From a virus, in the IMG/VR virus record IMGVR_UViG_3300019766_000003: a DNA stretch of 41,502 nt; one strand, 5' to 3'. Positions 24,707 through 32,044 of the stretch are shown here, in pieces. A program made the translations under genes and the position numbers. Each line of letters begins with the position of its first letter. Positions within the stretch are counted from its first letter, which is position 1. The notes below the pieces were generated by a model. The model searched no databases, had not been told where the DNA came from, and was given only the letters and a program-made list of their open reading frames with translations.

Positions 24707-25115
24707 TAGACCAAAGTGCTTTGGAAAGTACATAATAAATAGTTTCAAGTGCATTGGATGTGATTTTGGATCAGAATGCGTATTTGGAGAGAAAGAGATT
24801 GTCGAACCAGTCGAAGGTTTAGATATCTACCACGAAGCGTTAAAAACGTTCGGATCAGAGCCGCAGCTACTGCAAATGGTCGAAGAGTGCAGCGAGCTTA
24901 CAAAGGCAATTGTCAAGCATATTAATCGTGGTCACGATCCTGACAGAGTGGGCGAAGAACTTGCAGACGTCGAAACTGTTATGAACCAGATTAAAATCTA
25001 CTTGAGCGGTAAAGGCGTGGACTACGCAGCGTGTCAGGCGAAGAGTGTGAAGAGATTAAGGGCTAATATTGACCTGGTGAAGTCATGCCTAGACCCTGCG
25101 ACGACAACAAAATAG
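24699..25115 (+). CDS. MazG-like nucleoside triphosphate pyrophosphohydrolase
   Basis: QMVEECSELTKAIVKH...VGEELADVETVMNQIK matches the EExxE...ExxD MazG helices. Cys-rich N-terminal extension. Confidence 0.7.
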   Translation: MNDRPKCFGKYIINSFKCIGCDFGSECVFGEKEIVEPVEGLDIYHEALKTFGSEPQLLQMVEECSELTKAIVKHINRGHDPDRVGEELADVETVMNQIKIYLSGKGVDYAACQAKSVKRLRANIDLVKSCLDPATTTK

Positions 25116-25330
25116 CACTGCTACTACCATGCTCCGGTAACTGCGACTATTGGACAGGGCAGAGAGAACAAGGCGATTGTCCACACCTGTCGAAGTGCCG
25201 GAGATGGTGGAGCGGTCACAACATGCCAAAGGATAAAGACGCTATCCACAAGTTGTACGTTACTGAGTGCAAAAAGATTGAGGCGGTTGCAAATGTGATT
25301 AAGGTTTTTAAAGCGAGGGTGGTTAGATGA
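25085..25330 (+). CDS. Hypothetical Cys-rich protein (81 aa)
   Basis: Overlaps the 3' end of the mazG-like gene. Its last 6 codons and stop lie inside the 25-bp repeat. Confidence 0.5.
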   Translation: MPRPCDDNKIALLLPCSGNCDYWTGQREQGDCPHLSKCRRWWSGHNMPKDKDAIHKLYVTECKKIEAVANVIKVFKARVVR

Positions 25331-25331
25331 A
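25307..25331 (+). repeat. 25-bp perfect direct repeat, left copy (TTTAAAGCGAGGGTGGTTAGATGAA), containing the SD and ATG of the methyltransferase gene
   Basis: 25/25 identical to 25796-25820. The flanking bases differ on both sides. Confidence 0.95.
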
Positions 25332-25800
25332 AAAACAGATTTTAGACGCTTGTTGCGGTAGCCGGATGTTTCACTTTGACAAGTCTAATCCACTTGTCTT
25401 GTTTATGGATTGTCGTACAGAGGATACAACGTTGTGTGATGGTCGGAAGCTTGTTGTTAAACCTGACGTTATTGGCGACTTTAGAAAAATGCCATTTGAA
25501 AGAGAAAGATTTAACATGGTTATATTCGATCCGCCACATTTAAAAGTCGGTGGTGACAACGCTTGGATGGTTAAAAAATATGGAAGGCTTGAAAAGAACA
25601 CTTGGAAGCAGGATATTAAGAAAGGTTTTTCTGAGTGCTGGAGAGTTTTATCTAAGGGTGGAACAATGATTTTCAAGTGGAATGAAACGCAAATAAAAAT
25701 GAAAGAAATCACGCCACTTTTTCCAGAAAGTCCAGTTGTTGGACACAGGACCACAAACAACCTAAAAACACATTGGACAACTTTTTACAAACAAATTTAA
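25327..25800 (+). CDS. SAM-dependent (probably DNA) methyltransferase
   Basis: Motif I-like ILDACCGSRMF. Motif IV-like VIFDPPHL. Then ECWRVLSKGGTMIFKW. Confidence 0.75.
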   Translation: MKKQILDACCGSRMFHFDKSNPLVLFMDCRTEDTTLCDGRKLVVKPDVIGDFRKMPFERERFNMVIFDPPHLKVGGDNAWMVKKYGRLEKNTWKQDIKKGFSECWRVLSKGGTMIFKWNETQIKMKEITPLFPESPVVGHRTTNNLKTHWTTFYKQI

Positions 25801-25820
25801 AGCGAGGGTGGTTAGATGAA
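25796..25820 (+). repeat. 25-bp perfect direct repeat, right copy, containing the methyltransferase stop and the SD and ATG of the next gene
   Basis: See the left copy. The spacing is exactly 489 bp. Confidence 0.95.
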
Positions 25821-26121
25821 GTGTAAAGAATGCGGAAAAACAGTTGGAAGACGGCAGCGCAATGTAAGATACTGCACCGAATGCAGAAAGTCTGCGTACG
25901 AAAAGCTACCAAGAAACAACAAGATTGAATGGTTTCTTGAGCCAAATTCAATAGGAGTTGCATATATGGGACAACAAGGAATATCAGTTCGTTGCGTTAA
26001 TTGTGGAGAGTGGATTGAACTAACAGGCTCAACGATAATGACACGAGACGACGAAGACGGTGAACCATGTTGTAGCGAAAAGTGTTTAACAGAACATGAC
26101 GAAAAGGCGATGGAGGTGTAG
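25816..26121 (+). CDS. Zinc-ribbon protein (101 aa)
   Basis: CKECGK...YCTECRK...CVNCGEW...CCSEKC. Confidence 0.6.
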   Translation: MKCKECGKTVGRRQRNVRYCTECRKSAYEKLPRNNKIEWFLEPNSIGVAYMGQQGISVRCVNCGEWIELTGSTIMTRDDEDGEPCCSEKCLTEHDEKAMEV

Positions 26122-26123
26122 CC

Positions 26124-26387
26124 GTGAAAGAAGAATATAAACAAGAGCAAATACACTTTGGGAAAAATAAAAGAGGACTTAGCTCAAAGATTGGCGAAGA
26201 TAGAATTATAGTCTTATACACTGACGGTGAGCACTACGGTCTTTCTTGGAGACACATTGTTGACGGTGAGGTTGTGCACAAAGAGGGACGTGCATTCACA
26301 CCGGATGCTATGGCTGCGGTTGTCGAGATGTTTGGACAGCTTAGAGGTCCTTTGCCTGAAGGCGCAACTTGGGATGAAGAACAATGA
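26124..26387 (+). CDS. Hypothetical protein (87 aa)
   Basis: GTG start 5 nt after GGAGGTG. Confidence 0.55.
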   Translation: MKEEYKQEQIHFGKNKRGLSSKIGEDRIIVLYTDGEHYGLSWRHIVDGEVVHKEGRAFTPDAMAAVVEMFGQLRGPLPEGATWDEEQ

Positions 26388-26656
26388 AAGATTTTATTAT
26401 TATATTTATATGCAGCTGCAACTTAGCCTTTTCATTTGTCTCAGACATTTCAATGGGAAAGTTGACAGATATGCAGAAGTCTAACTTTGAACAAATACAA
26501 ACAATCAAGTCAGAGCTTGCATACCACGAAAAGTACTTACAAGCATTAGACGTAAACGCAACAAGTGACCGTATTAGAAGCAAACAAACTAAAGAGATAG
26601 TTGACTTTATTTACAACGGGCTTGGCGGTGACAAACATTTAGGAGGGTGGGAGTGA
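26384..26656 (+). CDS. Hypothetical protein (90 aa)
   Basis: ATGA overlap. The start is uncertain; an internal ATG at 26453 is possible. Confidence 0.5.
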   Translation: MKDFIIIFICSCNLAFSFVSDISMGKLTDMQKSNFEQIQTIKSELAYHEKYLQALDVNATSDRIRSKQTKEIVDFIYNGLGGDKHLGGWE

Positions 26657-26754
26657 TCGTAATTGAGCTACCGTATCCACCTACGGTAAACCACTACTGG
26701 GGCAGCCGCAAGACGTTGACAACTTTAGCAGAGGGTGTTATCAATGTCCCATGA
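26653..26754 (+). pseudogene. RusA-like Holliday-junction resolvase, N-terminal 33-codon remnant
   Basis: GTGA-coupled start. VIVIELPYPPTVNHYWGSRK carries the RusA LPxPPS/TxNxYW signature, then stops inside the first codons of the HNH gene. Confidence 0.45.
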
Positions 26755-27569
26755 AAAAGATTAGCACAAAACTGATAAAAAAAGAGTATGAGAGGCTTGG
26801 CAGCATTTGGAAGGCAGCCGAGTCTCTTGGCATTTCTGGGCAAACAGTTCACAGAAGGCTTGTGGCTGCAGGAGTTGATACTTCTTTAAATGTTTTTAGC
26901 AAGGAGGACAAAAAAAGACTTATCGAAGACTACAGTCTGTATAGAGAAGAAAAAATGCTTGACTACCTTGCAATGGAAATGGGTAGGACAAAGCAATTTA
27001 TTTGTCGGCAGGCTGGAAAGCTTGGGCTAACAAAAAATAAAAAAAGAGGATACTATAAATTAGAAATATCTGGCAAAAAATTTGGAAGACTTACAGCTAT
27101 AAGGGAAACCGGAAAAAAGATAGATGGTTGTTTTGAGTGGTTGTTTTTGTGCGATTGCGGCAATGAAATAAGAAGAAAGGCTAGCCTTGTCTCAGGCGGG
27201 TTTGTTATGTCATGTGGTTGCCTACATCGAGATCGCACATCTAAGGCCTCTACGACACATGGGTTAAGCAAGTCTAGGGTATATAAAATATACAACGGAA
27301 TGATTAGTAGATGCAAACACAAGTCGAGAAGAGATTTTAAGTGGTATGGTGGAAAAGGAATTAAGGTTTGCGACGAATGGAAGAGGAGTTTTGAAAGTTT
27401 TGCTAATTGGGCTGCAGAAAGTGGATACAAAGAAGATCTTACAATAGACAGAATAGACAGCGACGGCGACTATTGCCCGGAAAACTGTCAATGGTTAACT
27501 CTTTCAGAGAACGTAAAAAAAGCAAATATGGAGAAGCATGAAATCTCATCACGCTCAAAAAAGAGATGA
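26751..27569 (+). CDS. Free-standing HNH homing-endonuclease-like protein with N-terminal HTH modules
   Basis: GRLTAIRE...WLFLCDCGNE...SCGC...YGGKGIKVCDEW...LTIDRIDSDGDYCPENCQWLTLSEN (HNH-type C-terminus). N-terminal SIWKAAESLGISGQTVHRRL. Confidence 0.75.
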   Translation: MKKISTKLIKKEYERLGSIWKAAESLGISGQTVHRRLVAAGVDTSLNVFSKEDKKRLIEDYSLYREEKMLDYLAMEMGRTKQFICRQAGKLGLTKNKKRGYYKLEISGKKFGRLTAIRETGKKIDGCFEWLFLCDCGNEIRRKASLVSGGFVMSCGCLHRDRTSKASTTHGLSKSRVYKIYNGMISRCKHKSRRDFKWYGGKGIKVCDEWKRSFESFANWAAESGYKEDLTIDRIDSDGDYCPENCQWLTLSENVKKANMEKHEISSRSKKR

Positions 27570-27817
27570 TTCAGAGCCGAGTATTGTAAGGGCGTTAAGG
27601 CAGGCTGGCGCATATGTACACCGCCTGAACAGGTTTGATTTTGGTTGGCTTTAGAGGGAAATGGTTTCCTATTGAAGTGAAATCTGGAGATAGGAAACTT
27701 ACCAGCAAGCAGGTGCAAATGATACTTGAAATGAAGAACATTGCACCTTTTTACGTAGCCAGAGACCCACAAGAGGCGTTGGATATAATATTTGAAAAGG
27801 AGGTAGAGAGTGAGTAA
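27538..27817 (+). pseudogene. PD-(D/E)XK (VRR-NUC/Hjc-like) nuclease split by an apparent +1 frameshift at the T4 run 27639-27642
   Basis: Frame 1 reads MKSHHAQKRDDSEPSIVRALRQAGAYVHRLNRFD and stops at 27652. Frame 2 continues (L)VGFRGKWFPIEVKSGDRKLTSKQ... Joined, they give the E...D...ExK nuclease motifs. GGAGA lies before the ATG at 27538. Confidence 0.55.
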
Positions 27818-28205
27818 GTTCTACTTAGGGAAAAGAAGTATCGGACGATTGAGCAGGGTTCACCCGCTATTGTCTGCTTGCGTGTGTCTGGCAATTAAAA
27901 AGACAACGCTTGATTTTACTGTTCTGGAAGGAGCTAGAAGCGTTGGACGACAAGAGCAACTTTACGAGACTGGTGCATCTCAAACCTTGGACAGTAAGCA
28001 CCTTGTGCAAGAGGACGGCTATTGTCACGCTGTAGACCTTGGACCATTAGTTGATGGCAAAGTACCTTGGGATACTTGGAACGCCTTTGTGGTGGTCAAT
28101 GAGGCCATGCAAAATGCTGCAGAAGAACTTGGAGTAACTATCACTTGGGGCGGAAGCTGGACGAACTTTAAAGATGGGCCTCATTTTCAAATTGAAGGAG
28201 TATAA
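27810..28205 (+). CDS. Endolysin, peptidase M15 (VanY-like / L-alanyl-D-glutamate peptidase family)
   Basis: GTG after AAGGAGG. LEGARSVGRQEQLYETGASQTLDSKHL...GYCHAVDL...WGGSW...DGPHFQ. Confidence 0.85.
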   Translation: MSKFYLGKRSIGRLSRVHPLLSACVCLAIKKTTLDFTVLEGARSVGRQEQLYETGASQTLDSKHLVQEDGYCHAVDLGPLVDGKVPWDTWNAFVVVNEAMQNAAEELGVTITWGGSWTNFKDGPHFQIEGV

Positions 28206-28208
28206 AAC

Positions 28209-28397
28209 ATGAACGAATATGTTCAACTTGTATTGGACAATTGGGGGTTGATTTTCCCGATTGCCGTAACTGTGGCGAGTGTAGTTGTAAAGCTAACTCC
28301 GACAGAAACAGACAACAAGGTTCTTGCTGTTGTGCTTAAATGCTTTGAGAAAGTGGCAATGAACAATAAACCAGTAGAGGTAAAAAGTGAAAAGTAA
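28209..28397 (+). CDS. Candidate holin (62 aa, one TM segment)
   Basis: Immediately follows the endolysin. TM WGLIFPIAVTVASVVV and a charged C-terminus. Confidence 0.45.
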   Translation: MNEYVQLVLDNWGLIFPIAVTVASVVVKLTPTETDNKVLAVVLKCFEKVAMNNKPVEVKSEK

Positions 28398-28779
28398 ATT
28401 TATCGCATTTGTTCTGATTGTTGCATTCGCAATCATGGCGGCAGGGTGCAAGCAACCACATATCAACAATGTGCCTGAACAAAATCAGGAGATTGAGCAG
28501 TTTATTCATACTGCAAGCATCACGCTCAATGCACTGAGTCAGCAAAAGACAGCAATCCTTGAATCCGCAGTTATGGCCAAAATCAATGGCAAGATCACAG
28601 GGGAAGAGTTAAGCAAAGTTGTTGTGCCGTGCATTAGATTCGACCATGCATTTAGCCATGCTGGCAGTATCTTGCTCGACTTGCGAAAAAATGTTGATTC
28701 CGGACTATCCCCGTCAACCGCGTCGGTAGAGTCAGCACTTGATGGTCTTAAAAAAATCTTACTTGAACTGGAGAAATAA
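28387..28779 (+). CDS. Lipoprotein (candidate outer-membrane spanin component)
   Basis: Signal plus lipobox FAIMAAG-C. Overlaps the preceding gene. Lies in the lysis cassette. Confidence 0.6.
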   Translation: MKSKFIAFVLIVAFAIMAAGCKQPHINNVPEQNQEIEQFIHTASITLNALSQQKTAILESAVMAKINGKITGEELSKVVVPCIRFDHAFSHAGSILLDLRKNVDSGLSPSTASVESALDGLKKILLELEK

Positions 28780-29004
28780 ATGGACTTTGCAGCAGCACTC
28801 GCACTAGGCGAGCTTGTATATAAAATCGGTATGCCAGCATATAAAGCATACTGCGAAACGAACAAAGACAACGCAGACGCATTCACCAAGGAAGCTATTC
28901 AGGCCGTGATTGACAGTCACGAGACGACCGAGGAGACGCTTGAAAGATTGGGCGTAGATTCAGAAGAGTTTATCGACCTTGACAGCAACGACCAGTTAGG
29001 CTAG
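28780..29004 (+). CDS. Hypothetical acidic protein (74 aa)
   Basis: TAAATG coupling. No recognised motif. Confidence 0.55.
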   Translation: MDFAAALALGELVYKIGMPAYKAYCETNKDNADAFTKEAIQAVIDSHETTEETLERLGVDSEEFIDLDSNDQLG

Positions 29005-29090
29005 CTTAACCCTCAACACACTTTCATAAACGAGTGACCACCGTAAGTGTCCTGACGTAATTCGCCGGAAAACACATCTCTCTTGCCTCC

Positions 29091-29126
29091 GCCCCCGTTA
29101 TTAATTTAGCGGGGGCACTTTTTTTG
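29091..29126 (+). terminator. Rho-independent terminator
   Basis: gcccccg-N12-cgggggc followed by a T-rich tract (actttttttgt). Confidence 0.7.
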
Positions 29127-29136
29127 TATTTTGTTG

Positions 29137-29165
29137 TTGACAAGGTTGCGGTGTCGCAATATGTT
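29137..29165 (+). promoter_or_regulatory. Promoter TTGACA-17 nt-TATGTT with the dyad TTGCG-GTGT-CGCAA (29146-29159) in the spacer
   Basis: Consensus -35 read directly. Lies 10 nt after the terminator and 50 nt before the pentapeptide-repeat gene. Confidence 0.55.
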
Positions 29166-29215
29166 GTATCTACAGGTCGAGGCAATTTTATAAATCTTAA
29201 AAAAGGAAAAGAGAG

Positions 29216-29761
29216 ATGAAGATTAAAATTATTTTAGAGCAGCACAAATTATGGCTCGAAACAGATGGAAAAGATGGAGAGCGCGCAGACCTCAGTCACA
29301 CAAACCTCCGTGGCGTAAACCTCAGTGGCGTAAACCTCAGTCACACAAACCTCAGTGGCGCAAACCTCAGTGGCGTAAACCTCAGTGGCGTAAACCTCCG
29401 TCACACAAACCTCAGTGGCGCAGACCTCAGTGGCGTAAACCTCCGTGACGCAAGCCTCAGTGGCGCAGACCTCAGTGGAGCAAACCTCAGTGACGCAGAT
29501 CTCAGTGGCGCAAACCTCAGTCACGCAGATCTCAGTGGCGCAAACCTTGACTTCTCTTGTTGGCCTCTCTGGTGCGGGTCTCTTGGTGTAAAAGTTGATG
29601 ACAAGTTTGTGTGCCAGCTATTTTTTCACTGGTGTAAACTTGACGTATCTGGGTGTTCTCCGTTCATCAGGTATGCGCATCGAGTAATTAGCAAAGGTTG
29701 GGCATGCCTTGGTAATCGCTTTTGTGACACAAGATCAGATATGAACAATAAAAGGCTTTAG
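29216..29761 (+). CDS. Pentapeptide-repeat protein (Qnr/MfpA-like beta-helix) with a Cys/Trp-rich C-terminal domain
   Basis: About 18 consecutive A(D/N)LxX pentapeptides (DLSHT NLRGV NLSGV NLSHT NLSGA ...), then FSCWPLWCGSLGV... Confidence 0.9.
   Translation: MKIKIILEQHKLWLETDGKDGERADLSHTNLRGVNLSGVNLSHTNLSGANLSGVNLSGVNLRHTNLSGADLSGVNLRDASLSGADLSGANLSDADLSGANLSHADLSGANLDFSCWPLWCGSLGVKVDDKFVCQLFFHWCKLDVSGCSPFIRYAHRVISKGWACLGNRFCDTRSDMNNKRL
29286..29550. repeat. About 17 tandem 15-bp units (consensus CCTCAGTGGCGTAAA) encoding the pentapeptide repeats
   Basis: Read directly. High nucleotide identity leaves multiple frames on both strands open. Confidence 0.9.
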
Positions 29762-29769
29762 GGGGTCAA

Positions 29770-29979
29770 TTGAACAAATATTTATCAACGCAAGAATCGG
29801 CTGCTGAGATCGGGGTGTCATCCTCGTATCTCCGGCAGGTTCTTGCTGGCAAGGCAAGTGGCAAGGTTAAGGGCGTTAGTATCGTAGGTGCTGTTAGCAA
29901 AGCAGGAAAGCACTGGATATGGCCCACTGATTTGGTGGATAAAATTAAAAAAGCGAGAGGTGAGAGATGGGTAGACTGA
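29770..29979 (+). CDS. Small HTH protein (excisionase/AlpA-like fold candidate)
   Basis: TTG start after AGGGGG. LSTQESAAEIGVSSSYLRQVLAG. Confidence 0.45.
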   Translation: MNKYLSTQESAAEIGVSSSYLRQVLAGKASGKVKGVSIVGAVSKAGKHWIWPTDLVDKIKKARGERWVD

Positions 29980-30263
29980 TTGAAGATGCGGAACACATTA
30001 TTTCAGTTGTTGAAAAGGCCTACGCAACGGCTGGTAGCGAACATGGTTTTCCAAAAATGCTTAAGACGAAAAAGGATGGCTGCCTATCATTTAAGGGCTG
30101 GGGGAAAGTGTCATTCGAACAAGCAAAGCGTGTGAAGATTCTTGCCGAAGCGTTGGAAGACATAATTGAAACAACAGACGGTAACGAATTGCGATCTAAT
30201 GCAGAGTGCGAGGCGTGTAATATAGCCAAACAGGCCTTAAAGGAGGCTGAGAATGTTGACTAA
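29967..30263 (+). CDS. Hypothetical protein (98 aa)
   Basis: RBS GAGGTGAGAG-ATG. Confidence 0.55.
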   Translation: MGRLIEDAEHIISVVEKAYATAGSEHGFPKMLKTKKDGCLSFKGWGKVSFEQAKRVKILAEALEDIIETTDGNELRSNAECEACNIAKQALKEAENVD

Positions 30264-30528
30264 GAAAGAAGCTCAGGATTTGGTGTGTCCGTATAATGCA
30301 GTAAAGCCAGTTACAACCAATTGCATACACGCACACTGCATGTCATGGCAGCACACTGGGCACAAATGCGCCAAATGCGGTGCTACAAACAGCTTTATGG
30401 ATATCGTAAAGAATTGGTTTAGAAGGCCAATTAGAGAGCAGCACGGTGTAGTCGTATGCACCAAGTGTAGCACAGGGGACAAAGAAGTCAGGGCCGAGCG
30501 AGTCGGTCGGTGTAAACTTTTGAAGTAG
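30253..30528 (+). CDS. Cys-rich small phage protein (91 aa)
   Basis: CPYN...CIHAHCMSWQ...CAKCG...CTKC...GRCKLL. Confidence 0.55.
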   Translation: MLTKKEAQDLVCPYNAVKPVTTNCIHAHCMSWQHTGHKCAKCGATNSFMDIVKNWFRRPIREQHGVVVCTKCSTGDKEVRAERVGRCKLLK

Positions 30529-30538
30529 GTGGTAATAG

Positions 30539-30742
30539 ATGACTAACGACATTGAAAAGTGCAAAATCTGTGGTGGCACTCCTACTGAAGAGAGTAGATA
30601 CGGAGCATATAACACGTGCGGCGGAGACTACCTAGCTTGTACGGTGTGCGGCATATGCACAGACGAGTTTGACACTGTCAGAGAGGCTCTTGACGAATGG
30701 AATAGAATCATGACCTATGGGGAGGAGAGAGAAAATGACTAA
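30539..30742 (+). CDS. Lar-family restriction-alleviation-like protein
   Basis: CKICGG...CTVCGICT...REALDEWNR fits the Lar pattern CPFCGG...C..CG...A..WNxR. Confidence 0.55.
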   Translation: MTNDIEKCKICGGTPTEESRYGAYNTCGGDYLACTVCGICTDEFDTVREALDEWNRIMTYGEEREND

Positions 30743-31112
30743 CGAAGAGTTGAGCTTGAAAGTGGCTGAGTTGCGTGGGGATAGACCTTGGAAGGTATAC
30801 GATTGTTTTGACCTTCTGTGCGCAACCGTCCGTACTGAAAAAGAAGCCAAAAATGCATGTGAGCAGCCTTGCTTTTCATACATTTATGCGCCTAAGAGTT
30901 ACTCCACCGACATGAACCACGCTATGGAGCTGGTGGAGGAGATGTGTGGAAGAGACACAGATTACGAGATAATGAGACGCTGGATAGAAGAAAAGCAGTT
31001 TGAATTTTGTTTTACACAAAAATGTGAACACTTTACAGGCGTTGATATTACACCAGCCCGTGCAATCTGCAAGGCGTACATCGAATGGCAGGAGATGAAA
31101 GATGAAGATTAA
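30735..31112 (+). CDS. Hypothetical protein (phage ABA-sandwich-like)
   Basis: ATG at 30735 after GGAGGAGAGAG. EELSLKVAELRG...YSTDMNHAMELVEEM. Confidence 0.45.
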   Translation: MTNEELSLKVAELRGDRPWKVYDCFDLLCATVRTEKEAKNACEQPCFSYIYAPKSYSTDMNHAMELVEEMCGRDTDYEIMRRWIEEKQFEFCFTQKCEHFTGVDITPARAICKAYIEWQEMKDED

Positions 31113-31473
31113 AAAGTGTCCATTTTGCGGTGGTAAAGACTTTTCAAAGTACGGAAAGTTTGTGGCAGATAAAAAGAAAAGAGACGTCCACGTGCATTGT
31201 CATGGGTGCGGTGCTTGTGGACCAGTTGAAGGTACCGAGCAGGATGCTGTCGAGGCGTGGAATAAACGAGCTGACGGATGGGTTCATGTGGACGATGCAT
31301 TGCCGGAGGAAGGAAAGGCATATCTGTGTCAAATTGAAATACAGGGGGACCTCGGACTGGAAAGGTGGATGGAAGTTGCGTATTTTGTCGAAGATGAAAA
31401 AGAGTTCCACAGACACGATTTCAAAGACAACGTAGGGATAATTGCTTGGCGACCACTGCCGGAAGCTTACTAG
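31102..31473 (+). CDS. Lar-like zinc-ribbon fused to a DUF551-like domain
   Basis: KKCPFCGG...HCHGCGACG...DAVEAWNKRADGW, then VDDALPEEGKAYLC...IIAWRPLPEAY. Confidence 0.65.
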   Translation: MKIKKCPFCGGKDFSKYGKFVADKKKRDVHVHCHGCGACGPVEGTEQDAVEAWNKRADGWVHVDDALPEEGKAYLCQIEIQGDLGLERWMEVAYFVEDEKEFHRHDFKDNVGIIAWRPLPEAY

Positions 31474-31577
31474 GTGGAATAGATATGTCAGACCTTCTTG
31501 ACATTGCATAATGGGATAGGCCGATTGAGTGTGATGGAAAAGAGTGGCGGTGTTAAAAAAAAGTAAGAGAGTGAAAA

Positions 31578-31793
31578 ATGGAAAAAGTTAAATCAATTGC
31601 GGCTCGTGTAAAGATTGAAGATGGACTGGAAACAACTGTAACTTTGACAGACTTGAAAGACGGTGTTTTTAAGTTGGAGTGTTCAACCCTTAGAGGCGAG
31701 AATGGATACACAATAACAAATCAAATATTGTGCGAAGAAACAATGCAAGCTGCTTACTCCTTGATTGGAGAAATGCTTGAAGGCGAAAGTTAA
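31578..31793 (+). CDS. Hypothetical protein (71 aa)
   Basis: ORF with a purine-rich leader. Confidence 0.55.
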   Translation: MEKVKSIAARVKIEDGLETTVTLTDLKDGVFKLECSTLRGENGYTITNQILCEETMQAAYSLIGEMLEGES

Positions 31794-31794
31794 T

Positions 31795-31953
31795 ATGAAA
31801 AATATAGCATTCGTAATATGGGTGCTATGTTGGTACAAGATATACTTTGTGCCGTTTGACCACAAAAAGTACAGACTTGACGCCGTTGCAATTGCTGTAG
31901 TCCTTGGAGTCGGTGTGTTGGCTGGTGTCGGATACTTGTTGTACGAAAAATAA
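31795..31953 (+). CDS. Small membrane protein (52 aa, two TM segments)
   Basis: TAATATG coupling. MKNIAFVIWVLCWYKIYFV...AIAVVLGVGVLAGVGYLLY. Confidence 0.45.
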   Translation: MKNIAFVIWVLCWYKIYFVPFDHKKYRLDAVAIAVVLGVGVLAGVGYLLYEK

Positions 31954-32044
31954 TAAAATCTTCTCAATAGCCCCTAATCGTTGACGGGGCAAGCCTCGGT
32001 AGAATCCTAAACTGCCGGGGCTTTATTAAAAAAAGGAGCGAGTG

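Noticed and set aside
26653-27817. Idea that the HNH gene sits in a self-splicing group I intron or an intein that would reconstitute one resolvase from the flanking fragments
   Set aside because: The upstream fragment is RusA-like, whereas the downstream gene is a different fold (PD-(D/E)XK) with its own SD and ATG. I saw no conserved intron core pairings or intein blocks. This cannot be fully excluded without a covariance-model search.
29249-29524. Long ORFs on the minus strand (29249-29524) and in a second plus frame (29251-29448) across the pentapeptide-repeat gene
   Set aside because: They are by-products of the stop-free 15-bp tandem DNA repeat. Their translations are monotonous (VCATEVCVTE..., KPQWRKPQ...), and they have no RBS. 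The A(D/N)LxX frame has an RBS and a non-repetitive C-terminal domain.
31954-32044. tRNA-like or terminator-like GC hairpins (gcccc-N11-ggggc; agcctcgg...ccggggct) after 31953
   Set aside because: No cloverleaf, T-loop (GTTCRANYC) or anticodon arm could be built. The U-tract is weak (tttatt), so a terminator call would be low-confidence. I recognised no tRNA anywhere in the window.
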